In this document: positions 39,849 through 53,132 of the stretch, piece by piece
Numbering within the stretch: position 1 is the stretch's first letter
Layout: the number at the start of each line of letters is the position of its first letter
NCBI GenBank assembly: GCA_965112155.1
Contig: OZ218099.1
Source: Podarcis liolepis
Taxonomy: Eukaryota
DNA length: 64,000 nucleotides
Strand: one strand, 5' to 3'
Translations under genes and position numbers: made by a program
Notes under the pieces: model-generated
Told to the model about the DNA's origin: nothing
Databases searched by the model: none
The model's input: the letters and a program-made list of their open reading frames with translations, nothing else

Positions 39849-40641
39849 TAGAATGCTGGGTACATCACAGCACCCCATCTCAAATTGTCAGTTTCAATTG
39901 TGCTTCTCCTTTGGCTGCTTGGGCACTTTTCAGGTACAGAAGAAGCAAGTGGCAGCAAGATGTGAGAGCAGGACAGTCGCCAGATTGCTTGGGCAATCTT
40001 CCTTCATTGAAGGAACTGGTTCGGCATGTGCTGTGCTTAGAATTTGGAGCACAGCACAGGCTAAAGGAAATGGAATCGACCAGAATCCACCAACCCTTTC
40101 TTTCCAAGCCCAAGCTGGTAAGTTTCAAGTTGCAGTTGTAGAGGGGGCTGGAAGAGAGGCAGAAAGGCGCATGCAAGATGAGCAAATCTGTCCATTTTGG
40201 TTTCTCACTTTTCACACCTTGGGTTTTGCTGATTTTCATATCAGTTTGAGATTTTTTAAAAAAAACAGACTGCATGAAAGTTAATACACATGTTGGGGTA
40301 CATTCCACTTATCTAATAGAAATCCTTTTTGGTATTTTCACTAATGTAAACGCTTTCCTTTAATATATGCTTTTGAAATGTGTTTTCTTTAATAGAGAAC
40401 GGCATCAAAAATGTGGAGAATTGACAGGAGATGAAGCAAGGAGTGCCCAGACTGTTATATGATGCCTCCTAAAGTGAGGGCGAGAGAGTCCCATCTTTGC
40501 CTATGAATGATCTGCTCTTATTGCTGATTGGGGATCACGTGGATGCTACAATAAGTAAACCAAAAACAGAGGAAAAGGTTGCTGAATGCAAGTTACTAAT
40601 TTCTAACAATTTCATAAAGGAATTGAAAAGATGCTGAAAGG

Positions 40642-40975
40642 CAGAGGCACCAGCTTGTGAGGGTGACAGGGAGGGGCAACGTCACGCGTGTAATGTCAGG
40701 ACATCGGGAGGAGTCAGGGGAAGAGCTGAACATGGCAGCCGTGCAGCTTCAATGGCTGGTGGCTTCTCCTCCACCTACTCTTGGCACTGCCCCTGGTGGG
40801 TGGCGGCTTTGACTCTTCTTCCTCTCCATCACAGGAGGAGGAGGAAGGGAAGGAGCCTACCACTGTAGCTGTGCCGTGGTCAGCTCTGTGCTTTGCCTCT
40901 GTGTTTTTTGAACATTTGTGGACCCCAGACCCTACCCCAAAAATATAGGGGGCGGGCAAAAGCTGGTACCCCTAT
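40642..40975. mobile_element. GC-rich MITE-like element
   Basis: Inverted ends AGGCACCAGCTT / AAGCTGGTACCCCT. No clear TSD. Confidence 0.45.
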
Positions 40976-41004
40976 TAACAAGGCTTTCCAAAGATGACCA
41001 AGTA

Positions 41005-41069
41005 AGGAAGATAGGAAGTTGTCTTATGCTAAGTCAGATCACTGGTCTTTCTAGTCCACTGTTGTTTAC
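41005..41069 (-). mobile_element. Squam2 SINE tail
   Basis: ATAGGAAGTTGTCTTATGCTAAGTCAGATCACTGGTCTTTCTAGTCCACTGTTGTTTACT is the reverse complement of the Squam2 3' end. Confidence 0.6.
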
Positions 41070-41180
41070 TTCCCCAAGTTGGTGCCCACCAGATATTCTG
41101 GACTACAATTTCTGACCTGACAGGGGCTGATGCGAGTTGTAGTCCAAAACATATGGAGGGCACCAGCTTGGGGAAGGCTG
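41070..41180. mobile_element. Short hAT-like MITE
   Basis: TTCCCCAAGTTGGTGCCC...GGACTACAA...TTGTAGTCC...GGGCACCAGCTTGGGGAA forms a near-palindrome. Confidence 0.75.
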
Positions 41181-41447
41181 ATTTATTTTGACTAATAGTG
41201 TCAAAGTAGATCAGATGATAGTCAGGTTACGAAAGCAGTATTTTGTATCCTTGGAATTTATCAAGTGTTAAGCAAAACAGCTAGCAGCCTAAATAACAGA
41301 TTTATTACCTAGTTGCATTTTTAAAAATTTTAAAAAGAGAGAGAATTCAATTGAACAACTAAACTTCTGGCCTTGGATTTTCAAGCTAAGACCAATTAAA
41401 GGTTTCTTTACTACTGCAAGCTTGACAAGCCCACAATTTCATCCTGT

Positions 41448-41627
41448 NNNNNNNNNNNNNNNNNNNNNNNNNNNNNNNNNNNNNNNNNNNNNNNNNNNNN
41501 NNNNNNNNNNNNNNNNNNNNNNNNNNNNNNNNNNNNNNNNNNNNNNNNNNNNNNNNNNNNNNNNNNNNNNNNNNNNNNNNNNNNNNNNNNNNNNNNNNNN
41601 NNNNNNNNNNNNNNNNNNNNNNNNNNN
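41448..41627. other. Assembly gap (N run)
   Basis: 180 N. Confidence 1.
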
Positions 41628-42524
41628 CTCGTATCAAATATACATGAGAAAAAGGATGCATTTGTGAGTTAGACTCGACTTTTTCTTCAATAAAAAATTG
41701 CATTTTTTTAAAGGGGAAAAAGTGCAGGAATACTGAGAGCTTCTCAGTAATATTGCTGAAGGATTCCAAACACCAGTAAATGGGTTTCACATATTTTTAC
41801 ATGAAGAACAATACAGCAGCAGCAACAACAACAATAAAAACCTATCATGATGTATAGAATTGATGGTACAATGAACACAAGCACATGCACAAATATACAA
41901 AAATAACAATGTGCTGAAACATATACCTCTTGTATAGAAATGGAGATATTTATAATGATCGATGTAAACATTGGAGGTACTGCAATCCAACACAATAGGA
42001 TTTAAAGCAGCCTAACAGTTCCAGTCCTGCTGCACAAGTCTTCAAAGCCAATCTATGAAGGGGCTATCTAGAATGCATGACCCAGGCCTGTCCACTAGAT
42101 GCAAACTTCTGCACCAGCGAAGCCCCATCCCACCCAATATATGGTCAACACCAGTCTGAATGCATACATAGGCAGCAACAACCAACGTTCAAAGAGTGGT
42201 AGGCGAGCAAGTGGGGCGGTTTCATTAAAAATTGGGATAGAGGCAAGATAACCTGTGGCCTATTCATCATCTTCATAGCTACCCAAACTATTTGCTAAGA
42301 AGTTTGAACTAGTACAATCACACCGAAATTGCAGTTGGTGGGCTGGAGTGGAATGCCAGATCACTTCTTTTCAGGTGATCCTTAAACCATTCCACTTGGT
42401 TTCCATTGGAATAGGCCATGATTCCATCTTCTAGGCTTGCTAAGGCCAGAGTCGCTTTGTGTAGATACGAAAGGCAACCAGCAAGGACTATGGAGACAGG
42501 CTGGCACCTAGATAGATAGCTTCT

Positions 42525-42613
42525 TCTTCTTCCATAAGCATCTGGTCGTCTACTGCGAGAACAAAACAATGGACTAGATGGGCCTTTGGTCAGCAGGGCT
42601 CTTCTTATGTTTT
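42525..42613 (+). mobile_element. CR1 LINE 3' end
   Basis: CCATAAGCATCTGG...TGGACTAGATGGGCCTTTGGTCAGCAGGGCTCTTCTTATGTT. Confidence 0.75.
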
Positions 42614-42689
42614 CAATATGGGCAGACTACTGAAGTTTTAGACACAGTTCAAACACTACATACATTGTCCACATCCATGATGTGCTTAC

Positions 42690-42724
42690 AGGTAAAAGGT
42701 AAAGGATCCCTGGATGGTTAAGTC
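42690..42724 (-). mobile_element. Sauria SINE / BovB-type tail stub
   Basis: Reverse complement GACTTAACCATCCAGGGATCCTTTACCTTTTACC matches the last 35 nt or so of the 39459 SINE. Confidence 0.7.
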
Positions 42725-43299
42725 ATCTCCGGATTCAGGCAGCTTCTTATCCTGTCAAAATATGTTGCCTTTTATAAGGCACTAATCATATATGATGCTT
42801 TTGCTATGTTTTTGGGTGCACGTAGGTATGTCTGAAACATTCACATATCACCTTTTCGCCCCCAGAAGTGTTTGTTTATTGCATGAACCCAGCAAAGAGA
42901 TCCATATTGAACTTTGGCCTATAAATATTTGAATTATGTGTGCTGAGTTCCCTGGCCATTCTGGAATAATAAGCCTTTGTAATGACTGTGATTTTCTCAT
43001 GACATATTATACTGTGCCATAAGGCTTGAGTACTAGTGGATCTAATTACAGAGTTCTAGCAAAGAAATCCAGGCACAGTGAGAAAATAGTGGTTGTCTGA
43101 ATTCCCCTAATATATTATCTACACAGCTTTTTTTTAAGAAAATGTTCTTTTGGGGACTGGTAGTTGCAATGACTTTATTTTCAAAAAAAAATCTCACTCA
43201 CATTCCACTTTCATTGAACTGAGGTAAATTATAAAGGTCTTTCTCACACAAATCATATTAAATTTCAGGGCAGCAATCATTGACAGTATACAGTAAAGC

Positions 43300-43443
43300 C
43301 AGTGCTTTTTTCTGGGGGGACACAGGGGTATGCATACCCCTAAACATTTTGTGAATCTAAGTTTGGCCTCACTGAAGGACAGTATTTCAATATGAGTAGG
43401 AAAATGAGAGTACCCCTAAACATTTTTTAGAAAAAAAGGACTG
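43300..43443 (+). mobile_element. hAT MITE, 145-bp family, copy 2
   Basis: Near-identical to 8128-8272. Perfect 8-bp TSD AGTAAAGC at 43292-43299 and 43444-43451. Confidence 0.92.
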
Positions 43444-44108
43444 AGTAAAGCCATATTTTTCCTTTGATTCCTCCCACCTACCCCCAGAAAGTTATGTTTC
43501 CTCCAGCGTATTTGTTACTGTTCCTAACCAGCAAAATATTAAAAAGCTTTCTTGATGTGCTTTTATTGCATAAACTCCTTAAAGGCGCTCTCTCCTCTTT
43601 CCATCTAAAAAGCATTAACAGGAGACTAAACGGCAAAAGTGGGCATTATTTGGAATACAGCCTCTGTTGTTGTTTCTAAATGGAAATGATTTCCTCATCA
43701 AAGCATTTCAGCAAGGTGGGCAATTTAGAAAGGAAATTAAGAGATGGGGTAAAACAATTGTTCAGTATCTTAGATGGTCTAAGTGAGAGCAAACCATTTT
43801 GGTGCATAACCCCCTTCCCGAGCCAATAAGGAAGAGAAGTGGTCCATTAGAAAAAATATATGTATTTCCCCTCGTTCTTCGGTTCAACTCTCATTTTGTG
43901 GTGAATGCTAATGATATTTCAAAATACTTCACAGGACCTTCCTAAGGACTATTGGCACACTTTTTCTGTAAGCCATTTGCCACCTCCTTCCACAATGTAT
44001 AGCCTAAATGGCGGTGCTGTGGAACCACCCACCTTAAGCCAATAGGCTTCTTCCTCTCTGCATTCCTTTGGTTCAATGGCAGAAGCAGTTCTTCAACTGA
44101 CAATTATT

Positions 44109-44109
<1 letters not shown>

Positions 44110-44161
<52 letters not shown>
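44110..44161. repeat. (AG)n microsatellite
   Basis: About 26 units. Confidence 0.97.
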
Positions 44162-44163
<2 letters not shown>

Positions 44164-45324
44164 ATGTGTTTGTTGACAATTCATTAAGAAAACAGCAAAG
44201 GCCCACAAGCTGTTTACTCAAGACTGTAGTCAAGTGAAGAAGTGTGAATATAAATAACTAACAAAGGAAGAATGTGTAAAAGACTCTTGGGGCACATCTT
44301 GATGTTTACTGTTTGCCACAAAATCTGATATTGGCTTCTTTCATCCAAACAAAGCAATTAGTTCAAAACTGCATACCCTTCTTACAACAGCAGCCGTGTC
44401 CCAGAGTTATGGGTAGATAAATCTCACGTTTTAGTGGGACTCCCCCCCCCCCCAGCTGTGGACACAACTCTATCTAAAACTGTGGTTTAGTATTGCTATA
44501 AGTTTGCAGGGTGCCTGAACTCCCCTTCTAAATTTTGGACCGTCCTCCTAATGACAGGGTGCCAGACATTGAATTTAGCATGTTAATATATAAGTCATGT
44601 TAATAAAAAAATAAATAAGCTAGACTGGCTTCCTGATGAAGTAATTGCCTAAAGAGATGGACCATTAAGAGAGTGCAAAATACAGGGTCATGGTGCATCA
44701 AAGAAGCTATCAACAAGGCGAAGACTGTCTGCTGGATGCAATGGAGTGAAGCCCCACCTTGTGCCCTGGGTAGTTAGCAGGAGACAATGCAGAGTTGGGA
44801 GCAGGGCGTTTCAGAATTGCTGGGGGCTGAAGGGGAAACATCATTGCATTTTTGGGAAGCAGTTGTACAAGTTGGATAAAAAGGGGGTCACAGCATGTGA
44901 CAGTTTGAATCCAATGTTGCAGCCATAGGAGAGACATGACCCACCTGGAGTGTAAAGCTGGAAGCCACTCCACTTCTGAGGCCAGGTTGCATAGATGTAT
45001 AAATAAACCATAGATCATACAGACACCCCAGTCTCCACTGTGCCTTATGATCCAAAAGGAAACACAGACCCTAGTAAGCCTGGAATCTCAAACTGCTCAG
45101 AGATGCATTACAATACTTTGACGTATTACAATACTTTGGCTTGCTCTGAAACTGGTAGTCATAGTTTCCTGACCAGAAAAATAATAATGAGGAACTGTGG
45201 TTAATTAGACTTCCTGGTTCAGTTGTTCACATTGTGAGGGGAAGAGTAAGTCCACCTGCATGGGCAAAAGGCTCACACATATCTCAACTTACAAACTAAA
45301 ATAGGATCATTCAAATACGGCCAA

Positions 45325-45460
45325 GATGTGTTGTAACAGTTTGGAGGTTACACTTGTAAGGAGACATGAGTTCAAACCTCCTCAGGGTAATATTAGACCA
45401 GTTTCTATTTCTCTGGCTAATCCTAATTTACAGGATTGTTGTGAATATAAAATGGGACAG
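45325..45460 (+). mobile_element. Old Squam3/MIR-like SINE remnant
   Basis: GGAGACATGAGTTCAAACC B-box, then TTACAGGATTGTTGTGAATATAAAATGG. Confidence 0.5.
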
Positions 45461-47055
45461 ATAAATTTCAAATGAGTTTTCAGTTATTTGCTGTCTCATA
45501 TCAAAAATTTATTTTTATTATGATTAGTCGTATAATAATCATTTTTATGAAAATACACTTGATAGCAAAACCAAACTATTTTGAAGACATCAAAAGTTAC
45601 CACAAAGAATGGAGGCCTGATTTTCCTATAGTAAAATGAGAGAGACTGACCTATCTATCTTCCTGCAACACAATACATGTTTTAAATAGCGGCTAATCAG
45701 ATAAAGCCTAATGAAGGCCAAAAGAAGAACAGAAACCTATTTTTCCACAGCAATCTAATTCTGCAACTAGTGAGTCCAGTGATTAAAAAACCACCATTTA
45801 TTTTCTTTACTCAAATTAAGTAGCTGTCTTCTGTGGGACCACCTTCATACTAAATGGGTACCAAAATGTGGCACCCTAAACTAAACTGTTGCCTTCAGAC
45901 AATTCCTTATGTAATTGTAGCACACATTCAAATGTGTATTTTCAACTTTTATGAATATACAAAAATAAAATGATAAGTGTGTGTTTGTTTCTTTTTAAAA
46001 AAGAAAACTATGCTAATTTCACTTTATTAGCAACGCTAACATCCTCATTTACATTTTTCATAAAATCACACCATGAATTTTCACTGCTTTAGGGATACAA
46101 ATAATAAGCAAATACATAAATTAGTATATTTTAATTAAATGTTATCCCATGAAAGAACATTCTAAAGTATTGTCTAATGTAGAAGGAAAGGAAACACAGC
46201 CTGTGTTAAAATCCTGGAAAATATTAAAATACTGTATTATAACTCATTAAAACCTAATTAAAAAAACAAAATATTTCACTTAGTATTAAACATTTCTGTT
46301 ACTAGGTATGTCAATGTGCTATGTTTATTGTGGTACAACATAGGACATTAAGGTTCTTAAAAAGACATCCTTGGATCCCCATTGAGAACCAGTGTGGGTC
46401 AGAAGATGGGACTTTGGGCTTAGGTTCAGGAGATGTCAGTTCAAACCAAATGTGTACACCACACCACCCCAAAACTCCTTGGATAGCCTATCACTGAGCT
46501 GAATTCACTATCTGTACAAGATAATAAGAGTGACTTATCATACATGGTTGATGAAAAATGTCTGAAAACTGTAGCATGCTAAATAAATGATTGATCACCC
46601 TGGTAGATATTGGGGTGAAAAGAGACAATCAACTCAGATAAGTAGCTATTGCCCATTCCAGTCTTTTGCAAGGACAAGAGCAAGCACATGCCTCTACTCC
46701 CTGCCCACATTATTGCAGGAATTGAACGCCCAATCAGAATTTTGGCATCTGCATATTTAATTTAATACATGTAGACCATAGCTGGATCCCCGGTGATGAC
46801 AAAAGTGGAGACAACAACATGGTGGTAAGGCTCTCCCTTCTATGTAATAGGCCAGGTCAGGTGGCAGATATTATCCAACCTCGCCCAATTGTGGCAGAAA
46901 TGGCTTCATAACTCATTTGTTTTCAGGACACAAAATGTATTTGCCTGTATATTAAGATGAGTACAGCATCTCACCACTATGCCTACATCTGCAAGTACAA
47001 TGTCTTGTGCAGGCAAAAGGACACTGGCAGGTCCACTCTGCCAGTATACATGTCA

Positions 47056-47159
47056 AAATAAAAAAATTCCTTCCAGTAGCACCTTAAAGACCAACTAAGT
47101 TAGTTCTTCGTATGAGCTTTTGTGTGCATGCACACTTCTTCAGATACACATGTACACTT
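47056..47159 (-). mobile_element. Penelope-like element terminal fragment with minimal hammerhead motif and 14-bp TSD
   Basis: The minus strand reads GTATCTGAAGAAGTGTGCATGCACACAAAAGCTCATAC...TTAGTTGGTCTTTAAGGTGCTACTGGAAGGAATTTTT. CAGTATACATGTCA at 47042-47055 and 47160-47173. Confidence 0.8.
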
Positions 47160-47701
47160 CAGTATACATGTCATTCCTTCATTATTCAGGCTCGTGTGAT
47201 TTCTGCATGTAGAAGGCAGACCTGATTCTGCTCTTGTTTTCTATTGATTTCAGAACTCCAAAGGCTGTTACACATCCAAAAGAGGTATTTCACTAGTGTA
47301 ACATCCATACCCCCTTACCCCAGGGAAAAGAGGATCACCAGACCGGGGGGTGGGGTGGGGTGCTATGTGCATAAAATACTTATTCAACCTAGAAAGTACA
47401 GCATATTTTTATTTTAAATCCTTCCAATACTAGAAAAGGAACAGGACAGCTTGCATGGACAAATAAACGCAAGTCTTCGCAGTATGTAAACACGTTAGCA
47501 TAAGACTTGAAATTTCAACAGGTAATGTATTTGTTCATTATGCAGCTTTGTAGAAAACTGCAGTCCCTCCCCCACCCCCAGGAGTGCTCCTATATGGGCT
47601 ACTATTCATTTTCCTATGTTTAGCCAAGTCTTTCCAAGATGCTTATTGCGAATGGGGACATGATATAGAAGATGCAAGTTTTTTAAATGCTCATTAAAAT
47701 A

Positions 47702-47949
47702 CAGTGGTACCTCAGGTTAAGTACTTACCGGTAATTCGTTCCAGAGTTCTGTTCTTAACCTGAAACTGTTCTTAGCCTGAAGCACCACTTTAGCTAATGG
47801 GGCCTCCTGCTGCTGCCGTGCTGCAGGAACAAGATTTCTGTTCTTATCCTGAAGCAAAGTTCTTAACCTGAAGCACTATTTCTGGGTTAGCGGAGTCTGT
47901 AACCTGAAGCGTATGTAACCTGAAGTGTATGTAACCCGAGGTACCACTG
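47702..47949. mobile_element. Tc1/mariner (Tigger-like) MITE
   Basis: TIRs CAGTGGTACCTCAGGTTA / TAACCCGAGGTACCACTG with TA TSD on both sides. Internal AACCTGAAG repeats. Confidence 0.93.
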
Positions 47950-48094
47950 TACAGTGTATTTTAGGCCCACCTTCAAAGAAACCACAAAAGCTTACAACAG
48001 AAGATCTTAGAACAATTCCAAAAACATGCTGCAGAACCTTTAATCCTGTGTTGACATTTTAATCTTATATTGACCCTTTGAACACTATTGGGTC

Positions 48095-48152
48095 ATTGAG
48101 GTGCAGTCTATGTGGGGCTGCCCTTAAAGAAGACCTGGAAACTTCAATGGGT
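48095..48152 (+). mobile_element. L2 ORF2 internal fragment, decayed
   Basis: CTATGTGGGGCTGCCCTTAAAGAAGACCTGGAAACTTCAA encodes YVGLPLKKTWKLQ, similar to the L2 motif LYxGLPxxxxxKLQ. Confidence 0.55.
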
Positions 48153-49899
48153 TTCTCATGTCTGCTTTACAAGGCATGGAAGCAACCAGAGACAGCACTT
48201 GTGCTCCCACAAGTGCTTCTAGTGGGGGTCTTTATCAAGGTGTCTTCAACTGATGTTACAGGTCATGAGGAGTCTTATCAGTAGTGAAGCCCAACTTTTT
48301 AAAGTGTGTTTAATAGTAGAAAGAACCCCCAAAATGGAAAGTTTACTCTGCTTCCTCCATGCATTTTCCTTGTAGTCATCTGCCAGTCAAAACTCAGCAA
48401 TAATAGCAAAGAGAAGACTATTAGAAAAGTATACTGACCACTTTTGAACAAAGTGAGGTTGCCCCTGTATGTCTAGCAATAGAGCCGTGCACTGTGCATA
48501 AATAAGACAAACACTCTACTTGGCAGTTGCACTGAAAAGCTTTGTCTCATACTTGGTCGTGTTTCATGGAATGCCGGGGAGGAAAAGAACCAGAAGCAAC
48601 ATGAGAAATCATTTTTGTGTACATAAGCTGCATGTTTTTCCAAAAGGTACATTCATTTATCAGCTTTCCTGAATGCATAATTGACACTATACTCTGGGTC
48701 CAAAACTATTTCGCAGAATAACCTAAAATACACTGAGGCCATACCTTAAGGCTGGACTTATCTATTTCCAATATCGGCAGAATGTTTGAAAGAGAACTAT
48801 CGATTGCAAAGTGATGGGAAACTATGGGACAAAGATACACTTGTTGAGCAATAAGCTGGAAGACTAGACCACTTCGATACTGTTTGAAGACACAGTTAAT
48901 TACTGTATGAATGCAACAAGAAGACGCTAACCAATCATATAAACAAATGCATCAGTGTATTTGTGCCTGGTGTGCACAGCAATTCCCTGCCAAGGTCGCC
49001 ATTCTAGAATCCAACAAGTATGGAGGAAGGGGAGGGCTGTTGTGTAGATGCTGAAGGTAAAATTTCCTACAGTGGAAGAGAAAGGGCTGCTTGCTCTCCC
49101 TTTATAAACAAAAATAATGCTTACTATCTGAAAGAGAAACTTCATCCTTCTAGCACTAGTTATTCAAATGCATCCAGAGTTTTATTAACAGAACCAACCA
49201 CATTTCTTTTTAATAAAAACTTGCTCAGTTCTTGGCTTTAAAGGGGTTGAAATGTACTTCTTAATAGCTCAAACTGCAAAAAGAGTACTTGGGAGTTAAG
49301 CTGGTAGCCCCACTTACTGGTAGCACTAAATAAATCTGAATGCAGGTGCTCCAGATCAATCTAAAACCCACATACTCCAGAAATCAATGCTATATGTACA
49401 CAGTTGCAATATCCTCTGGATGTGATGATGACCCACCCACTGTAGATTATTTTTCAGCAGAATGGTGTACAATTTTCAGTATTGTTTTAGCAAAATTGTA
49501 TATTAGGGATTTTAGTTTTTATTTTAGAAATTGAAGGAAAGACTGAAAGAAAACAAAGTTGGGTCTCCCCCCCCCCCCCGCCGCCCCTGTTTCTTTGGTC
49601 TTCAAGATTCTGTTTACACAATGTGTAAATGACAATTTACAAAATAAGCATAAAAGTAAGGGGAAATGCAGTTTGACAAAAATGGACTAGGAAAAAAAGC
49701 CCTTAGGAGGCCAAATATTGAATAAAGGGGTATCTGTAATTAAACATGAATTCACTGTGGTGATTTCTTATCATCTTAAAAATAAAGAGATCCATTCACT
49801 ACATTGCACAGACTCATTGACTCCTTTAGGGTTTACAGTGTATTTATCACTTCATGAAATTTTGACTCTGACAGGGGAGCAAAGACTAATCAGACGCAC

Positions 49900-50077
49900 A
49901 CTGTGCACACACAGTACATTTAAAGCACAGCCACAACCCTGGAGTACTGCTGGGAACTGTAGTTTGTTAGGGATGCGGGAAAAGGTAGGTCTGTGGCAGG
50001 TAAAGCTCCAGGATTCTGGGCTGTGCGTGCACACCTGCATGCATGTGTGCGCTTTAAATGTATGGCATGTACACAGC
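49900..50077. mobile_element. Palindromic MITE-like element
   Basis: CTGTGCACACACAGTACATTTAAAGC / GCTTTAAATGTATGGCATGTACACAG inverted ends, with a GGGAACTGTAGTTTGTTA core. Confidence 0.7.
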
Positions 50078-50964
50078 ACCAATTTCAGTGAGGGGAAAAT
50101 CTAAGACATGAATGGTAAAGTTGTGCAGAAGGGTGGGAAACTTGGGGGTTGTGAGTCTTCAGAGACAAAATGCTCACCCAAAGGTCTCACACTATCTTCC
50201 ACAAGGCCCAAACTGTCTCTCAGGGAGATTGAGTTTGTGCACTCAAAGGGAAGTTTCAAACTTACAGGATAATCTCTAAGCCATTTAATATTTTCTGTAC
50301 TACATGCTATCCAGAACAGGGCAATAATGATGCATTTGAACTGCTGCCATTTTCTCCCAGAATCCAAAATCTAATTGATTACTTGGCTGTTAGAATTAAT
50401 GCCCTCACACATTGTATAAAATGATATCCCGTGGATATGCCCAGTTTCTTTTGACACCCAACTGAAATATCAAAGGAGAACATCCTTTTTTTTTCTAAAA
50501 AAGCTTTTAGTCATACCATAAACTATAAAAAGGACATGCCTCTCACAATGCCTTCCTACCCCAAGTCACAGACGGATTCAGAGGGAACGTTCCGACATCA
50601 CAACATGGTTTATTGTTATGTGAATGAGTCACAATGAGTGCTGGGCCTATACGCTGCTCTTTCTTTTCCGCCAATCATAATCATTTACATCCATTTATTA
50701 TTAACTGCAGCTTGCTACTTGAACTGAACCTGAGTTGATAAACTATGGTTTATTTTCACCATGGTTTGCTTGAAGCAAGCCAGCTTCAAAGCAACTATGA
50801 GTTTGATGCTGGCTTGTAGCACTAATCTCAACTAGGTTCATCAGCTTTGAATGAAATGACAGGCCTCTTTATTATGAATAATTATTATCCCAACTGAAGC
50901 AGTTCAGAGTCCCATTACGACCGTGGGTTTAAGTTGTACTTTCTGTGCTCAGATATCCTCTATA

Positions 50965-51209
50965 CAGTCACACTTCGGGTTGCAAATGTGATCCGTGCGG
51001 GAGGCATGTTCGCAACCCGCAGCGCCGCGTCTGCACATGCGTGTGATGTGATTTGGAACTTCTGCACATGCGCAAAGCGCGAGTTAGCACTTCTGCACAT
51101 GCACAAACGCCGAAACACGGAAGTAACCTGTTCTGGTACTTCTGGGTATGGCGTGGTCCGTAACCCGAAAACGTGCAACCCACAGTGTTCACAACCTGAG
51201 GTATGACTG
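50965..51209. mobile_element. Tc1/mariner (Tigger-like) MITE
   Basis: TIRs CAGTCACACTTCGGGTTG / CAACCTGAGGTATGACTG with TA TSDs at 50963-50964 and 51210-51211. Internal CTGCACATGC repeats. Confidence 0.9.
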
Positions 51210-53096
51210 TAATCATAAAAAAAAAATTATGGGCTGAATTTAGCCAACCTATATCACAACAGGGTTTTCACCCCCTCTCCTACTAACCACGTGCTCCCTG
51301 TGCCTCCCCAAATCTGTTCTGGGTCAAGAGAAGCCCCAAACACCACATAGGGTGAGGAGGGGGAGATCATTCCACTGAGGGGAGATCATTCCACATGCTA
51401 TGTTGAATTCCACCTAGGTTCCTAGGTTCATTTCACATGGCACACTTTAGTGTGCCAAAGGGAAAACCCAAGATGAGATTATGAAGATGAAAGGATGGGT
51501 TGTCATGCTGACAGACACGTGTATATTTATGATGGACGGGACATTGGCTCATGCTGGGCACCCTGGCATTTTCAACAAGGGTAATTCTTAAATAATTATT
51601 GTGAAATTTCGACCTCTGAAGCTGTTATCTACTCATGATGAAGTACTCTCTTTTTGGCAAGTAAAAACTCTCACTCTGATTCTTCAGATACTGGTTCTGC
51701 TCTTGACAGCACATTTGAGTCTTCATCCCACCAAACACAACACCTGCACATCTCCCAGTTGGTTCTGGATGAAGAAGAGCCATACAATTTACTAACTACA
51801 GGCATACATTGCTATGTACTTTCTCATACCATCACCATCATGCCACATATAAACGAAGGATGCACAAGCATCCCACTGCTCACCCTTGAAAGTGTTTGAG
51901 CCATTGTGAGCATTCACTGCAAATGCTCACAAAAACTTAAGAGTAGACTCCCCGTCTCTGTTGCTGCCCTCATCTCTCCCTTCCCTACCTGCCTAAGGGA
52001 AGGTGACAAAGGCAGACACCTCCAGGCTCTAGTCACTTTTCCTGTGTGGTACTAGGACTCCAAGACCCATAATCCTTTTAGGGGAAAGGATGCTCCATTC
52101 ATAATTATAACAAAAAAGGTCCCAGATTGCTTCCTCTGGAACCTGCTATCAAATGTGCAAAGGATTCTGAGACCCAGGTCCCTTCAAAAAAAGGAAGACC
52201 TTTCAACAGAGCTGGAATCGCCAACACCACCAACTTTTCCTGAGGGAAGTTTCTGGCAGATCAAGACCAGCACAGGCTGTGAATTTTCAGGATAGTTAGC
52301 TAATTCTGAGAGTATACAGACATCACCTCTCCAAGGAACATCAGGTTTTTGAAGGCGAAAGGAGAGATCTTGAACAAAAAGAATTATAATACCAAACTAC
52401 TACAATTTCCAGCACTCTTTGAAGAGAGTACAGACAGTTAAAGTGGTATAAAATTGATACAAACATGTAGTTTGATTATGTTTCCATGTACTCAATATGA
52501 AGTCCAGGGGTATCTCAAGCTGGCTCAAGGTTCAACAGCCTGAATCCACTGTATAAAATGGCAAGCACCATGATTTCACTAGCAAAGCATAAAATCCTTG
52601 TTGCAAACTAACTACAAATGCCAATTTATTGACATGACTAATATTGCAACAGAGGTTTCCCCAAACTATTCCACTGTGACAGTTTAAAAATTCTTTGAAT
52701 ACCTTTCTTCATGCTTCATTTTAAAACATTTCATGGCAAATAATTTTCCTAAAAGGTAATCTTTTTAAGAAACACAGTTTTTTGCTATTTTTTTTAAAGA
52801 AAAACAGAGCACTCTTTAAGGGAGGGGGCAGAGGAAATTGTTTTGTTGTCAAGAAAACACATCTAACATAAAATGGTGAGGATGCCAGGTGATGAGATTA
52901 TTTGGCAGAATCTTAAAATGTTTGTCATTTCGGGGGGAAAGAAAGTATTTATGCTAAGGCACAGAAATAAACCTCCCAATGTTTCAGTCACTTTAGGTGA
53001 TTAAAGCAAGCCTTTAGTTCAGGGTGTTTTGCTCTGCTCTTTAGATGTAGTTTACAATATTCTTACAATGCAATTTGTCTCCTCCCTTAAACAACC

Positions 53097-53097
<1 letters not shown>

Positions 53098-53131
<34 letters not shown>
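53098..53131. repeat. (CA)n microsatellite
   Basis: Read directly from sequence. Confidence 0.96.
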
Positions 53132-53132
<1 letters not shown>

